A stretch of DNA of 64,000 nucleotides from Isurus oxyrinchus (lineage: Eukaryota), in NCBI GenBank assembly GCA_026770705.1, contig JANJGN010000009.1:163556001-163620000 (forward strand), read 5' to 3'. Shown here piece after piece: positions 62,235 through 64,000 of the stretch (the first letter of the stretch is position 1; the number at the start of each line of letters is the position of its first letter). A program made the translations under genes and the position numbers. Under the pieces are notes generated by a model. It was not told the origin of the DNA. It saw only the letters and a program-made list of their open reading frames with translations, and did not search any database.

Positions 62235-62425
62235 CTCTACCCCCCACCCCCTTAAACCAGCTTATATTTCACCTCTTTTCTATTTTTACTTAATTCTGTT
62301 GAAGATACATACGGACTCAAAACGTTAACTGTGTTCCTCTCTGCAGATGCTGCCAGACCTGCTGAGTTTTTCCAGGTATTTTTATTTTTGTTTTGGATTT
62401 CCAGCATCCGCAGTTTTTTGATTTT
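62235..62425 (+). mobile_element. Penelope terminal fragment
   Basis: Same pseudo-LTR tail (GATGCTGCCAGACCTGCTGAGTTTTTCCAGG) with a degenerate hammerhead motif. Confidence 0.75.
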
Positions 62426-62763
62426 ATATATTATTCCATCCAAAGTAAAAGAAGCTATTTAATAAGAATTTCTGTTCGGTGCTCTTGCATTGATATCAAT
62501 GTGGTTTACATTTGTAGAAGGAAAACAGAAATTACAAAATAACTTTGTAGAACAGAAAATTTAAATTTTCTGTCTAATTTCTTGCTTCTTGGAGATTTTC
62601 TTTACATCTGTTGAAATACCTACAGTCATTTCTGTTAAACAGCTGTGAAAATCACCTTAATGTGAACATTAGATTTAGATCTTTCATTCTCTATTTTTGT
62701 TTCAGTGAGAATAAGCGAAAATCTTTGTTCCTCATTAATACTGGGAATACATATTATTCAACA

Positions 62764-63505
62764 TTTTTATTCATTCATGGGATGTGGGCATCGCTGGCTG
62801 GGCCAGCATTTATTGTCCATCCGTAATTGCCCTTGAGAAGGTGGTGGTGAGCTGTCTTCTTGAACCACTGCAGTAGCGTGGGTACACCCACAGGAGAGAG
62901 GTTCCAGGATTTTGACCCAGCGACAGTGAAGGAATAGTGATATATTCCAAGTCAGGATGGTGAGTGACTTGGAGGGAAGCTTCCAGGTGTTGCTGTTCCT
63001 ATGTATCTGCTGCCCTTGTCATTCAATATGGTGATGGTCAAGGGTTTGGAAGGTGCTGTCTAAGGAACCTTGGTGAGTTCCTGCAGTACATCTTGTAGAT
63101 GGTACTCTGCATTGCCGATGGAGGAAATGGATGTTTTTGGATGAGGTGCTAATCAAGCGGAGCTGCTTTGTCCTGGATGGTATTGAGCTTCTTGAGTGTT
63201 GTTGGAGCTGCCCTCATCCAGGTAAGTGGAGTGTATTCCATCACACTCCTGACCTGTAACTTGTAGATGGTGGACAGGCTTTGGGGGAGTCAGGTGAGTT
63301 ACTCACTGCAGGATTCCCTGTCTTTGATCTGCTCTTATAGCCACAGTATTTATATGGTAAGTCCAGATCAGTTTCTAGTAACCCCCCAGACTGGTAGTGG
63401 GGGATTCAGCGATGGTAATGCTATTAAAAGTCAAGGGCTGTTATTAGGGATGGGCAATAAATGATGGCCTAAACAGTGACACCCACATCCCATGAATGAA
63501 TTAAA
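62764..63505 (-). mobile_element. LINE 3' end of the same family as 59990-60770, with a small inverted end
   Basis: Reverse-complement similarity to 60000-60770; 63448-63505 repeats the tail on +. Confidence 0.75.
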
Positions 63506-63595
63506 GAGAAATAATGTCCAGTATGACTTTGACTGAAGTGGAAGATTTCCTGATGTTGCAGCTGAAGCAGCTTTAGTTATTAAGATAAACTAAAA

Positions 63596-64000
63596 GGGCA
63601 GGATTTTCCTGTGGGCTTCAGCATCCCAATGTCGGGATCAAATGGAGCTCCCAAGCTGGCACTCATCCCGAGTGAGATGGAGGTGCAATCTTCCCAGAGG
63701 CAGCCTGCTGATTTGCTGCCTCTGTGTTTGCTGTTCTATTAAGGGTGGTCGGCGTCTCCTGGTTCTCCAGGCTCAGTCAAAGGGCTGCCAGTTCTAGAGC
63801 CTCAGTAACTCTACTGGGAGAGGGAGGTGCTACTGAGGCATTTCGGGCCCGTGAGGGTATCTCAATGTGGAGGCACCCTCGCAGGTGAAAATTTAAAGGA
63901 TGATTTCAAAGGGACTAAGCTGGTGGGCTCCTTGGAGAGGAGGGGAGACCCTTCTGGTGGAAGTGTCTGGGCCGCGGGTGCAGTCTTTCCTTGGGCCTCC
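63596..64000. mobile_element. Harbinger-TIR-type element, truncated by window end
   Basis: Begins GGGCAGGATTTTCC, identical to the 23981 TIR. Confidence 0.6.

Overview
Vertebrate genomic DNA, very likely a cartilaginous fish (inferred from the repeat content: CR1 with esterase ORF1, Deu-domain SINEs, Neptune-type Penelope elements). Most of the window is a direct segmental duplication: copy A ~1.1-18.4 kb, copy B ~29.3-54.2 kb, with an N-gap at 30846-31219. Each copy carries the 5' four exons (leader, CD300/pIgR-type V domain, C2-type Ig domain, Ser/Thr stalk) of a + strand Ig-superfamily receptor. Homology stops in the stalk-TM intron. Gene A continues into a TM exon with an N-terminal Arg (activating type; probably a short tail). 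Gene B continues into an uncharged TM, a linker exon and a last exon with four Tyr motifs (ITSM/ITIM), giving a complete 7-exon, 417-aa inhibitory receptor with consistent splice phases. Together they look like a recently formed paired activating/inhibitory receptor locus of the CD300/pIgR/MDIR-like type, with divergence concentrated in the V domain. The mobile elements also show structure. Tx1-clade LINE 3' ends and a tRNA-headed SINE are stacked at one 15-bp target overlapping the stop codon of a Harbinger Myb/SANT gene, with an empty site at 25029. Penelope terminal fragments carry a minimal hammerhead-ribozyme-like motif. All alignments and counts were done by eye; no database search was run.
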